Part shown: in pieces, positions 51,056-64,000 of the stretch
Position numbering within the stretch: the stretch's first letter is position 1
Layout: each line of letters opens with the position of its first letter
Origin: Adineta vaga
Lineage: Eukaryota; Animalia; Rotifera
Direction of reading: 5' to 3'
NCBI GenBank assembly: GCA_021613535.1
Contig: CP075497.1
Location: forward strand, 2,790,001-2,854,000
DNA length: 64,000 bases
The notes under the pieces: generated by a model
The model's input: the letters and a program-made list of their open reading frames with translations, nothing else
What the model was told of the DNA's origin: nothing
The model's database searches: none
Translations under genes and position numbers: made by a program

Positions 51056-54000
51056 TTAGTGATGTAAAGATTTATTTTGTATTTGCAATGACATAGATTC
51101 TAAATCTTTTTGTAGATGCATATTTTTTGTCAGAGTTTCTTCTAACATACGTTGTAAATTCTTGATAATTTCATCATTATTTGATTGACTTTTATTACCG
51201 CTTAAATGTTCGAACATATTTCGAAGATTCAATGATGGACCACTTTGACGTTCTGCAGATGGATTTTGTCGACGACGAGATGGTGGAGTTGATACACGAG
51301 TATTAATACCTATAGAATAAAGAATTTTTGTAATGAAATTTGACGAGAAAATTTACCAGTGATTGATCCACGTTTATCATTGGAATAATGTTGAATAAGG
51401 TCGTTTGCCATCGCTGAATTTGATGATTCTAAATGTCGAACTTTTTCTTCAAGAACCGATCGTTCTTCTTGAATTCGTGCTAATTTTTGAATTAAATCTT
51501 TATTTTCTTGTTCTAATCCAACCGGACTCATTTGTGTTGATGTTACAGAAGCCTTTAATATTTAACAATAAAATAAGAACAAATATCTTCTAGAAATTCT
51601 CTTCTTACTCTATCCATATATCCAGTTCCACCATACGATGAAACGGATCTACAGAGATAAAGAATAAATAAATTTTTGAAAGAATTAGTAATTCAATGAT
51701 ATTTACGCTGTGTCACCTTGACGACTTCCATCTGTTTTGGGAATATAGAAAAGCTCATCAAGTGCTATGAGAAAAAACATCAGATGTGATATTGATGATG
51801 TAAAACTAACAAACCAGCTTTATCTCCCGAGAGCAATTCAGTCAATTTCTCTTGCATTCGCTCATTTTTCTTCTTTTCGGCGATTAATTGTTTTTGTAAA
51901 TCTTTCATCTTATTAAGAAAGAAAGAAGAAATAACAATTCAATGAAATTGATCACTTACGAAAGTTGCTCCTTTTCTTTCATGTGTTCGTTTTTCATCAA
52001 TAAATGTCGATGCTTCCTGAAAATAACAAATAAATAAAGGTAAAAATGACTCTTTTTTTTCTTCTTATGAACCTGTTTTAAAACATCAATTTGTGCGTTT
52101 AATTCTTCGATTGTACGTGCTTTTGTACTGAGAATTTCTGTTAAATTCTATAAAGAAAACAATAGTGATTTTCGATCAGTACAAAACACGATCTTTTACT
52201 TGAATTTGTTCTTGATATTCTTGTCTTTCTTGAATGCGTAGTGATTCATTTTGTGTCTGTTGTTCATTGAATTGATATTCTGAATTTTTTTTAAGTTCAT
52301 CAATTTCGATCTAGAAGAGACGAAGAGAGAGAGAGAGATTGAATTGATTAGACGAGAAAGAATTCTACTTGAAATTCTTCTAAACGAGCTGATAAGATTT
52401 GTTTAAGTTCTTCTTCTGATTTTAGACGAGTTTCCAATTCCGTATAACGAGATTGCATTTGTTTTAATGTTCGATCTTTGATCTAAATAATCATGAAAAA
52501 TGATATTGATAGTAATGTTTTAAAGGACTTTTTACCTTTAATTCACTGATTTCTTTTTCAAGTTTTTCTATTTCAACTTGATGTTTTTCTTTTTGAGTTT
52601 GTAAAATTAATTTAGCTCGTTCTTCGACTTGTATATTATTCACAGCCATTTCATCAATCGTAATTTTACGTTGTTCTGCCACCTATTTTAAGTTTCGTAG
52701 AACATTTTTCATCTATCTTATCGACTTACTCGTTGTTGAGATTCCAAATTCTTTGTTGTTGTATTAATCTGTTGTTCTAGAATTTGAACAGTTTGTAATA
52801 ATGTTTCATAAGCTTCTTTCGATTGCTAAAATCGAAGAAAATATGTTAAATAATTGAAGAAAATAGTTTCGCACCTGAGTTTCAGTGCGTAAACAATCAC
52901 GATCGAGAATTGTTTGGTTAAGTAACAATTCTTTATCGTCAAGAATTCGTTGATGTTCAGCATTAGTATCACGTAATTGCTGATTTTGTTCAGCAGCTAC
53001 TGTGCCAATCTTTAGTTAAGAAAAAGCAGTATTAGTAAAGCAATTCATCTCGAAACAAACCTGTGATTCTAATTGATCGATTGTATTTTGTAATTCATAG
53101 AAATGTTTTTGATATTTATTAACTTCATCATCTTTAGTCTAGAAAGACGAAGATTTTTCCATGAAAAAACAAAAGAAGAATTTCTCCAAGAAAAACATAC
53201 TTTTGTAATCGATCGAATTTCATCTTGTAAACGTTTGATATCAGATTTTAATACATCGAGTTGTACTTCATTTGTTGATTTTATATTCGTATTTTCAACA
53301 CTAAGAAAACAGAATTTTGAGAATAGAAATTTGAGGATATTTTGTGTGTTTACATAAGATCTTGAATACGTTTTTCAGATTCATATTGCAATTGTAGGAA
53401 TGATTTTTGTTTTTCATCAAGTTTTTCTTCTAACTATAAATGAGATTCTTGAAAATTTTTGGTGAAAAAAACAAGTGATGTTTACATTTTCAATCTGTTT
53501 GGAAAGCTTTCGATTGATTTCATTGGAAGAAATTTCTAATTGACGTAGTTGTTCTTGTAGCAAACGTTTTTCTTCTTGTTCTGTTTCCAAACGAATACTA
53601 TTTGCTAAACGAACCGTTTACACTAAATAACTTATGGAGAATTTCCAGGTACAAACATACTATCGAATGCTTTTGTTTCACCATTTGATCCTTTCGTAGA
53701 AACCACATGAACAAGACCACCTTCACTACTAAAATATACAAGAATCGTGATTGATAATTGCACTCGAAATAGAACAGACAAAATCCATACCGATTATCAT
53801 CACATTCGACTTCGACATCTTCTTTTTGGAATGATTCATTACTTGAACTTTCAGTAGAAATGGATTCCACAGTTTTCGCTGATAGTTCTTGAAAATAAGA
53901 ATTATATTTAGATTCGAAAGATTCTCTTTGAATAGTCTTTACCTGAAATTTTCTTTTGTAAAACATTATTTTCTGCTTTTAAATGTCGATTTTCTTCTTG

Positions 54001-55679
54001 AATTCCACTTAGATTCTCTGCAGCATCATATGAAACATTGAAATTTGTATGACGACCTTCTTTATACAGTTTTAATTGATTTTCAAGCTCTTGAACTTTA
54101 TTCATATACTAAAACAACGATATAAAAATCCTTTTTTCATTGTATATAAACCAGAAAGTACTTAGGTAATCTGAATTGATCGAATTTATTTCTCCTTTAG
54201 TTTCAATTCAATATCAATCATGTTCAAACTTATTTTAATCTTCATTCTATTTCGATATATTCATACTGATGAGTCTTTTCATTTTGGTATTATTAATCAT
54301 CGTACCCAATGGTATTTTCATTGTCCGAATAATTTAACAAAAACCCTTTATCCTTCAACGAATGATCAACCATTAATATCGTACGAATGTCCATCTCGTT
54401 CTCTAACAATGGAAATTCTTCCTATTGAAATTGATTTTACATTTCTCTGTCGTCCTCAATCTCATTTAATCTGGTTTATAATTGATCTCTATCAATATAC
54501 AACTGATTTTTTGTCTATAAAAACAAAAAATTTCGAAATTCAATTGAATTTAAATCATCAAATTCGATTGAAAACATCTCAAAATGAATTGAAAACATTT
54601 CCAAATCATACAATTCTTATCAATGCATTTTATATTCCATTTGAAACAATCGAAATTCTATTAAATCAACCAATTGAACTTTACATTGAAATTCAAAATA
54701 CAAATCAATTGAATTATTGTGAATTTCTTTTAAAAGATAAACATTTTTGGCGAACATTTATCAAGAAAAACAAATGCAATTCAATTCGTTCAAATTCATT
54801 GATTATTCAAAATGCTACTTGTCATTTTATTTCTAAAACAATTCCTGAAGATGTTAATAATATATCATCATTGAATTCCGAATCGTATCTTTTACTTGAA
54901 GAAAGTTATCGTCAATTATTTGCATCGATTATTCGATCAACTACAAATTCTGTTCTATTAAAATTAACCTTTGTTTTTCTCATTATTATCTTAGTTATTC
55001 TTATTCTATTCTTTCTCTATATGTTCTTCTATCATTATCATCTTCGATCAAGATCTCTATGAGATAAACATCAATATTCTTTACTTCATTCAATTCTTGC
55101 ATCATTGTTTCATTCTGTAATTTGAATTCTTCTTCTTGTGTATGAACTTTACGTGTTAAAACTTCATTTTCACGTTGAATTTCATCGACATCACGTCCTG
55201 GAGTTCGACGAAGTTTAAATGGTAACTAAAAACAAACTTTAACATGAATTTTTCATTCAATATTCTTTAAAATAACAAACCATTTTTGATGGTAATCGTA
55301 AATTAATACTTTCTTTTTCATAATTTTCAATTTGATTTTTTAATTGAGCATTTTCTAAAAGAATAAATGAATTTATATGGAATCTTATACAAAATTTTCT
55401 TTATTATTTATCGAATACATTAAAAAGAAGAGTCAATCAATCCCTAGGCGAATCATACTTCTCTTTATTTGTCAAAATTTACTCTTCTAAATTAAAAACA
55501 ACAACTTTTTATTCTATTCAGTTCTCTCAATCGAATATTTGAAGGATCAGTAATTATTCTTCGAAATATAAATTACCTGCAGTTAATTTTTTATTCTGTC
55601 CTTCCAAACTATAATTTTCTGTTTTAAGTTTAACCAATTCATTTTGAAAACGTTGAAATTCTTCATCGGATAACGGCAT
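51056..55679 (-). CDS. GRIPAP1: GRIP1-associated protein 1 (GRASP-1), coiled-coil, many exons
   Basis: N-terminus MPLSDEEFQRFQNELVKLKTENY. C-terminus LARIQEERSVLEEKVRHLESSNSAMANDL and LQRMLEETLTKNMHLQKDLE. A 976-nt intron (54109-55084) hosts an antisense gene. Confidence 0.9.
54220..55062 (+). CDS. Nested intronless type I membrane protein, 280 aa, unknown family
   Basis: Signal peptide MFKLILIFILFRYIHT; ectodomain with 6 Cys and several N-glycosylation sequons; C-terminal TM; short tail. TATATAAA at 54143-54150. Confidence 0.75.
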   Translation: MFKLILIFILFRYIHTDESFHFGIINHRTQWYFHCPNNLTKTLYPSTNDQPLISYECPSRSLTMEILPIEIDFTFLCRPQSHLIWFIIDLYQYTTDFLSIKTKNFEIQLNLNHQIRLKTSQNELKTFPNHTILINAFYIPFETIEILLNQPIELYIEIQNTNQLNYCEFLLKDKHFWRTFIKKNKCNSIRSNSLIIQNATCHFISKTIPEDVNNISSLNSESYLLLEESYRQLFASIIRSTTNSVLLKLTFVFLIIILVILILFFLYMFFYHYHLRSRSL

Positions 55680-55906
55680 AATCTAGAATGAATTAATTCT
55701 TTATTAGTTCAGTATATCCAAATTTAGGTATACAAAAGCAAAGCACATACAAAAAAAAAGAACAAAAAGAGAGGTCAAGATACGCTCAATCTTAACAATT
55801 ACAATCACGTTTGATGAAATATTCAAGCAGAAGAAAAAAAAGAAAGAAAACAAAATTTATCAAAGATATTTCTAGAGTAAGAAAAAGTTATATTTGCTTG
55901 GGTTGA

Positions 55907-58647
55907 TTAACGATTATTTCGATGAGGTGATCCTGAAACATTAGTTTTGAAAAATAAATATTAAGAAGAAATAAATAATATTAACATACGAGTAGGTTTT
56001 TGATATTTATGTTCATCTATACGAGAACGAAGGTCATCATTAACACGACGCTGAAAGAGTAAAAGTAAATATTGATTATAAAGATTGTTTTATATTAGAT
56101 ATCGATTTTGTTAATAAATATGTCTATGATCTTTACATTCAATATCAGTAGATCATCATTGATGAGTAATTATGTTTTAATTCAATGCAGATGGTATAAA
56201 TCGAAGGAAACGGAAAAAAAGTGTTTTACTCAGGAGATTTACACCTGTTCTGTTTCATTCATGTGCATCGAATTGAATGTTAAACAACATATTATAAACT
56301 TACCTTATGATTTGATTCATATTTTGTTGATTCTAGAAAAAGAAGAAGGATTTAATTATATATTTGATTGATGTAGACTTGACAAATCTGTACTTTGTGA
56401 ATGAGATCGATCGTTTAAAGTAATCGATGATGATGATGATGATGACGCATGTTCTCTTGGATTATGCTGTTGTCGATGATCTCGTTTATTAATGATTTCG
56501 TCGATCGATGTCGATGTGATGCTTCTTTGTTGTTGATAATCATGACTGCAAAATGGACGAACACATATTGATTTGTGTAAAGACCATTTTTAAAGTTTTT
56601 TTTTTTTTTTAATAATATCATTCACATATCACCGTCTATGTGAGAATATTATTATACAGTCTACCTTTGTTGTTTGTTGTCTGTATTGGAAATTGTTTTG
56701 ATTAACGTTGGTTTGAACATTGTTATTGGTTCTTGACTGATATTGACCAATTCATCCAGTAGATCTTTGTCTTCATCACTATTTTGTTGTTTTGATCGAT
56801 TATTTCTCAAAGTTATACGTAAATCTTGAGGTGGTTCTTTATCAGTGACTGTTTGATGAATAGTATCACTATGAATTTCAACTGTACGACATGAATTGGA
56901 AGATGTGACTTTCAATTCATGATCAATGGCAGGTTTAATTGAATCACTAGGAGCTAAAATTGGTGAAAGAATTGTATTTTTCAAAGTATTAGCTGTATTT
57001 ATCGATGAAGTTGATGGTTTATCCTCATCAACACCTGCGTATAGATCATTAATTGGATGATTTTGTGAATCTAACGTTGATTTTTCAACAGGTAGTTGAG
57101 AAAAACGTGATCGAGCATTGAGTCGACGACTAGATGATGGTTTTTGTGAACTATCAACTGTAATTGGAATCGATTGAGAAACAGATTCTGATACTAATAC
57201 CTTTGAAAATAATAAATTTAAGATATGTATTCTAAACACACTCTGATAATCTTTATCAGTTTGAAAAACATAATGAATCAACATACATTGTTTGTATTCT
57301 GTTCGGATGTTATTTTTTGCTCTTGTTGAGGTTTCTCTTCGATCATTGTTGATTGAACAATAGTTTCTGGTTGAACAATTATTGGTACATGGGATTTTTC
57401 ATCAAAATGTTTTTCACGTTTTGAAAGTTCACGTTCGTATAAGTTCATTTCTCGTTCTCGACATTCAAATACCTTTTTATGCAATTGAATCTGTTTGAGA
57501 ATCAATTGAAAAATCTCACTAGAATTTGTACAAATCTTTGATAAGGAAAAACAAGAAGTGTCATCAATTTTCTTACTGTGAACAAGCTTCAATTTGAGGA
57601 TTATGTGATGGAATGGCATGCATCGTTTTATATTTACTCATAAGATCAATCGTTTGTAAAAGATCATAATTAGGCACACTGGATGTTGGTTGAATCAAAC
57701 TCGTATTTGGTAGGGAAAGATTTGATTTTGCGAAAAGAGAAAGTTCACATTCTTGTATATTATCACTTGTGTTAAGAAAACTTTTGTCTAAAGTTGGTTG
57801 TAATATCGGAATAGATGGAGTTGATTGAATGCTTGTTCTAAATTATAGATTACTATGTATATCAATCAAATCAAATTCAAAATTAATTACACGGATGAGA
57901 TTGATGGTAACTCATCGACTGTAGATTTCTTGGTCTATAAATATCTATAAATGATCGAATAGAATAGAATAGAATAAATCTTACTTGACGATCTGGCACT
58001 TTTGTGGAAATATCATCTTCGGATATGATACCTAAATCCGTAGTATTTTGATTTTTATCCATTTTGATTGATATAGTTGGTTTTTTTGTGGATGAAGTGG
58101 AGGTGATTTCATCGACCTCATTCGAGCGTTTTTTTGAAGTTGTAGGATAAGAACGATTAGTTGATGATTGATGTCGATCATGTGAAGAACGAGAACGAGA
58201 GTGGGAGCGAGACCGTGGCCGACCTGTGGACACTGGAGGAGGTCGTCTTGAACGATAGTGTCGACTGGTTGATGATGAAGAAGGTGGTGGTGATGGAGAT
58301 CGAGAAACGGGCTGAGGTTTTTGAGAGATATAATAATGATGTTGAGAATGCGATGATATTAAAGAAGTTGAAATTGGACTAGACGAACGTTTGTGAGTCA
58401 CTAATGGAGGAGAATGCCGATTTGAAGTTCCATTTGAACGTTTAGATGAATGAATTCGTCGTGAATCATTTGATGATCTATATTGGAAAGAAAAAACATT
58501 CATTTCATTCAGCTATATATTTAAATCGAACCTTTTCTGTTCAGTAGAATGATTGATTCGTTCATCTTCAAAATCAAGATCATTTGCATTCACATTACAA
58601 TCGATTGTATCCATATTATAGGTCGTACGAGATGATTGTCGATGCAT
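55907..58647 (-). CDS. Ser/Arg/His-rich low-complexity protein (SR-like segments, short coiled coil)
   Basis: Series of minus-strand ORFs joined by GT-AG introns; RSRSHSRSRS, SRSPSPPP, DLRITL, DLRSRI motifs. Exon boundaries approximate. Confidence 0.65.
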
Positions 58648-58655
58648 CTTGTTTA

Positions 58656-59045
<390 letters not shown>

Positions 59046-59461
59046 CTAAATTGTAATCAACGAACAATAAGATTATATGATTAGGTTATTTTTATGAGTG
59101 TATCAAGGACATCTAGAATAGAAATAATAGAAAAGGAAAATATAGTGGTGATGATGATGAGCGTTTCAAAAATAAAATTGGATAAAGATTTAAATCAATG
59201 AGTATTATCCTAGACAGATGTCGTTAGAAGTCGAAAAAAGTAGTTTTTAACTTGTGAGACGTTTCCAATCTGGTACATTCTAAATAGTCTTTCTGTTTAA
59301 TTATCGATTTCATTAATAAAAAACAACACATAGAAGGTTTATTCATTTTTTCTCTTTCTAGTTTTCATGATTAATCGCTAGGATAAAGAGGTACACACGT
59401 TTGTCTAATCACCGTAAATAGACACACATATAAAGGAAAACATAATTCGAAAAAAGAAAGT

Positions 59462-60370
59462 TCAATCTTTCGGCGTTGATGGACGTAAAAGTGAGGTACT
59501 ATCTGGACGATACCATACATAATAAGTAATATACCAAAAGAAGACAGCAACAACAGCCGCAATAATCTTATGGAATGTATGATGAAAATATAAAGCTGTT
59601 GATAAAAGCATAAATTCCCATAGAATTGTCAATGCTGCTAATGCTACATAAAGAATTCGAATAATTTGTGAAAAGATTTTTAATTGTTCACGATTAGCAT
59701 TAGATAATGTATCTCCTTTCTCATTTGTTGATTTGCTCGCTTGATCAACTTTTCTTGTACCTTTATCATACGATTTAACTTCTTCATTGACAATTAATAA
59801 AGCATAGAGAAGTAAAAATGTATGTCCACTAAAATCATGTCCTTCTTGCCATTCATGTCCTCCTTTAATACAAACATGTCTTGGTGCACCTCGCAATTCT
59901 TCATGCTTGCACGTGCCGGTAAAGGATTCAAAATGAACAAATATCATTGTTATGATATACCAAACACCAGTAGCGATAAGTAAACGACTTAAATGACGTG
60001 TTACAATTTGATAATGACTATATGTTGTTATTAAAGTAAGATAAAGAAATGGAATCAATAAACCCATTGTCCATGCCCAACCTAATTTAGCAAAATATCG
60101 ATTGAATATATTGGATTTCTTCGATAGATAAGAATCGGGTGCTAATTGTAAGCTTTTTAAAATCGAACCAATGACAATAATTGCAAAAGAAACGAGAAGT
60201 TTAAATTTTGCTGGTCCAAATATAATTCGACGACAAAAAAATAAGGCTAGATCGCGAACAATATGATATACATCTAATAATAATGATGTTGGAGCTATAG
60301 CATCTGTCGATTTTGATGGCAATCCATGTCGAATTTGATTTGCATTTTCATTTGATTTACTCGTCGACAT
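59462..60370 (-). CDS. FITM2: Fat storage-inducing transmembrane protein (FIT2/Scs3 family), intronless CDS
   Basis: SNIFNRYFAKLGWAWT; GHDFSGHTFLL; EE; TALYFHH. Confidence 0.93.
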   Translation of the reverse strand: MSTSKSNENANQIRHGLPSKSTDAIAPTSLLLDVYHIVRDLALFFCRRIIFGPAKFKLLVSFAIIVIGSILKSLQLAPDSYLSKKSNIFNRYFAKLGWAWTMGLLIPFLYLTLITTYSHYQIVTRHLSRLLIATGVWYIITMIFVHFESFTGTCKHEELRGAPRHVCIKGGHEWQEGHDFSGHTFLLLYALLIVNEEVKSYDKGTRKVDQASKSTNEKGDTLSNANREQLKIFSQIIRILYVALAALTILWEFMLLSTALYFHHTFHKIIAAVVAVFFWYITYYVWYRPDSTSLLRPSTPKD

Positions 60371-60602
60371 TAGTTGAAAATATTCACTCGTAATATCTAA
60401 AGAAAAACGTTATGGTAAAAGAAATTCTGAATAAGTTTACTGTAATAAACAACGAGTAACGACATAGTCTATCCATGTTTTACCCATATTTGGTTAACAA
60501 TAAATTACCAATAGCTGATATATATTCTATTCTACGCTATAAACTTTAACATTACACGACATTTTTACTCATCAATAAGAAAATATTGGTTTTTATATCG
60601 AA

Positions 60603-62172
60603 ATGACAACAACTATTTCATCATCAACAAATACAACTCGTTCGACAATGATGATTTCATTAACGAATATTTCAAACGATAATAATAATAATGAAGAAGA
60701 TCAATTAAATCGAATTAATTTACAAGCATTACAAAATCGTGATCCATATATATCGAAAATTGTTGATCAAGCTCAACGAGTTTGTGTTTATCGATTTATT
60801 GCTGAAAAACGTGAATGGGTAAAAAGAAATTTATTTAATTTTCATTATTTCTGTCGATTGGTATTTAGGAACGAAAAGATCTTGAAGGAACTTTATTCGT
60901 TTATGAAAGGTAAAGAAAATTCGATTTGGTTCTTTGTTTGAAGAAATTTTTCTTTACTTTTATTGAAGAATATGTGAACCTTATCATGGCTTCGTTATCT
61001 TAAGTACTGTTTCTCGTGAAACATTTGTGCAAATTATAAAACCATCGATGGAATTCAAACATTCACCTAATTATGAAGCATTTCTTCAATATAAAGTTGA
61101 TGTTGGAGGTAATTATCAAGAAAATCAAAATTCAATTTTTATTCATTTTGTTTTCGTATGAAAAGATATTTATGGTATATGGTTTATATCAAAAAATGAT
61201 TGTCCAGGTGTAACTGAATGTTTAAAACGGTAATTAGACAATATTTCCTTTTCATTTGTTTACCAAATTAGTTTTTGTTTTATTAAAGTTTAACTCAAAA
61301 AGCAAAAGAAGATGAACAATCAAAACTCGATGAAAAACGTCTTTCTTCATCATTCCAAAAATCACACGATATTCTTTCGTTATTAACCAATGCTCAAGAT
61401 AAATTTCAAGAAACTGTAAATAGAAATAAAAACAAAGCGATTTGTCTTATTCAATTGATTTCAATTTAGAAACGCAAACAGGATACAAATAACAGTGATA
61501 TATCAACAGCAATGCCTGCTGTTCTTTTACGATTATTTTCCACTCAAGAATCAATCATACAAAATAGTGAAGAACGTGGTGAAGAATTAAAAAAAACATT
61601 AGGAATATCAGTTAAATCTGCCTTAAGTGTAACAGAATTAGAGAAACAATTATTACAACCATCTCAAGAATCTATCAATGAAAAATCTGTATGAATTGCA
61701 ATAAATTTTCTTTGTATCATTTATGAACGTTTGTTTCTCATTTAGCATCAAATACAAACTACTTCACATTCCATAATTTCTCAACTGGATCCATCGGATA
61801 ATGTAAAATTTTCCTCATGAATATTCAATGAACTGTCATTCTCGATTTTAGATTGATTTAATGTCAACAGGACGGTTGATGACACCAGCAGAATTTCAAA
61901 CATTACAAAATACTCCTTCGCCTGGTAAATTCAATGAAAATGTTTCAGGATCAAATGATTTATCATCCTGTCATCAATGTCAACAAGTTGAATCTTCATT
62001 TTCCAAGGATAATCTTCGACAATTATTGGTGGACATTCTTCAAGTAATTACATTTCATTTAAAAATCAAATCATTGAGATTTCATTTGTTGTAGAATGAT
62101 GAAGAGTTTGTTACCGGTTTACATAATGCTTACATTGAAAAACAAATCCATTTGCATCGTCTTTATTCTTAA
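60603..62172 (+). CDS. DCP1: mRNA-decapping activator Dcp1
   Basis: EVH1 domain INLQALQNRDPYISKIVD..VYRF..EW|ERKDLEGTLFVY..YGIWF. C-terminal trimerisation segment LRQLLVDILQ|NDEEFVTGLHNAY. Confidence 0.92.
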
Positions 62173-62548
62173 GAATTTTCTTTTTATATGTCTATGTTCG
62201 TTTTTCTTTTCTGTTGTCTAGTCGATCGAATCGTTCTCTAAGCTTCTAATACTTGTATTTTTTTTAGTCAAGTTTAAAAAAGACTTCCAGAAAATCTATT
62301 GAAGGTATGTTTTATTGTCGTCAAGAAAAGTAATTTGTTTATTGTAAGTAGTTTATCGTCTTCTTCTTCTTCTTCTTCTTCTCGTCGATTTTCGGATATA
62401 AAAACTGTTCGTTCTCTCGTTCTTTTTTAAAATAAACAAAAAACGTGAAAATCAAAACTATGTTTTTACATTTGTATGAGTGAATCGATATATTGGTCAA
62501 TCTAGAGTTCAATGTTGATGATGAGAAGAGATTCATTAGAAAGGTTAC

Positions 62549-63482
62549 TTACATCGATAGATTGGCGTTTTCTTGGGAAAGTTTGTGGTGGTATGGGAAT
62601 TTTTGCTTGACGAAGAAGAGATGTTTTTGTATGGTAACGACTTTGAATTGATGGCTAACAATAGAAAATAAGATGAAAAGATATGTAGTTATGGGAATTA
62701 CGGATTTGATGTTTTGTTTTTTGAGACTTATTTGTTGATTTTGAATCGTTTGAAACCATTGATTTGCAAAATGATTTTGTAAAACTTGTGACATAGGTGT
62801 CGATGGTCTAAACTGATTGATCAGTTAAATAAGATCAATAGATTAGATTTACTTGTAAGGTAAACCAAAGATTGTATCATCAGAAAATATCAATTTTGTT
62901 TTTACTCGTGATGTATCACGAAGACATATTTTCTTTTGAATATCATGGATACTTCTATGAACAAAAGAGAAGAGATGCGATTCAGTTCTTAAAAAAAACA
63001 ATAAATTACCGAAAACGTGACTGATTTCTTGCAGTAAACATTCCAGCTTCGAGAGCTGCTTTGTTCAAAGCTAAATAATCTCGTACGTACATAACATCAT
63101 GATTAGTTGTTTGTTGTTCTATACATGTATTATACATTGCTAAAAGTTTATTATTATTAAAAATAGTTTAGAACATTCGATTAAAAACCTTCAGCAACAC
63201 CACCATCATGTGAAGCATTTCTTAATCCATATGTGAATTCTGATGGAGGAAGTTTGTGACCGCGACGATGTGATTTACCTAATTCTGACTAACAAAAATG
63301 AATCATTTTCTTCAGAAAAATTAGAAATCTCTATTGACAGTTTCACATACAAGTAATTGAAGTTCACTTTCAAGCATTGAACCACGTTGTTCACCAATTA
63401 GACCTGTCTTTGTATATTGATATGAAGAGACATGATCTGTTCGACTTTTTTGATTTCCTTTCTGTTTTATCGTTATACTCAT
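62549..63482 (-). CDS. CFAP77: Cilia- and flagella-associated protein 77 (C9orf171)
   Basis: RGSML..|SELGKSHRRGHKLPPSEFTYGL..DGGVAE|A..RDYLALNKAALEAGMFTA..FG..|RPSTPMSQVLQNHF. 3' end approximate. Confidence 0.8.
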
Positions 63483-64000
63483 AATACAATCTATGAAAAT
63501 CAATGGAAAGAAATGTGATATAGTTGAAGTAAGAATAACATCAACATTCATTGAATTCTTCGTCTGATTTTGACTACCATAAATATGTGATCTAGACAAT
63601 CATATTTATAGAGTTTCTATGATTATAAACTTCAAGAAATATTTCTCGTGATTCCTAAATCGATCTCACCTGAATATAATTTTCAATTTCCAATCAACAA
63701 ATTGTACATAAAAGAGACCTTAAAAAACTTGTAAACAATATTTTTCCTTCGTCTATCGAGGATTCATTTCTCGTCTTATATCATTGAATGAAAGAAAGTT
63801 TTCTTTCTGTTTTTTTCCCATTTGATTCTTTAACTACGATAAAAATTGACTAAATAAAGAGAAAAATATCAGTAAAAAACGAAAAGTGCATTCTTCCTAA
63901 TGTTTACCGGATACGGTGAGAAAACATGTCGTTTTCTACTATTTTCTTTTCAAATGAAAATCATTCTTTATCGAGGATATATTTATATTAACTTGTCATC

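Noticed and set aside
63902-63914. RFX X-box-like GTTTACCGGATAC upstream of CFAP77 (and a weak match near 32760 upstream of the WD40 gene)
   Set aside because: Plausible for ciliary genes but too degenerate to support by eye.

Overview
This is eukaryotic, AT-rich, very gene-dense DNA with about 30 protein-coding genes broken by short (mostly 45-65 nt) GT-AG introns. Gene content is metazoan: synapsin, SUMO, an adhesion GPCR, NCAPD2, GRIPAP1, COPS9, TRIAP1, FIT2, DCP1, CFAP77 and a WDR49-like gene. The compact architecture plus apparently foreign genes suggests a bdelloid rotifer (inference, not proven). Notable parts: (1) a tandem trio of Dictyostelium-countin-like secreted proteins (saposin plus beta-sandwich), two sharing an identical upstream 13-mer, lying convergent to a cysteine-free bacterial-type M13 peptidase that has acquired introns; (2) further horizontal-transfer candidates, a YbaY/YscW-family gene and a fungal-type GILT; (3) two antisense genes nested in unusually large introns; (4) a run of five tightly spaced same-strand genes that could be an SL-trans-spliced operon; (5) an unannotated stefin-like gene with an altered inhibitory loop and a plant-PIR-like RING ligase with a 1-nt frameshift. 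All family assignments come from motif recognition by eye; no searches were run. No rRNA, tRNA, CRISPR array or intact transposon was recognised.
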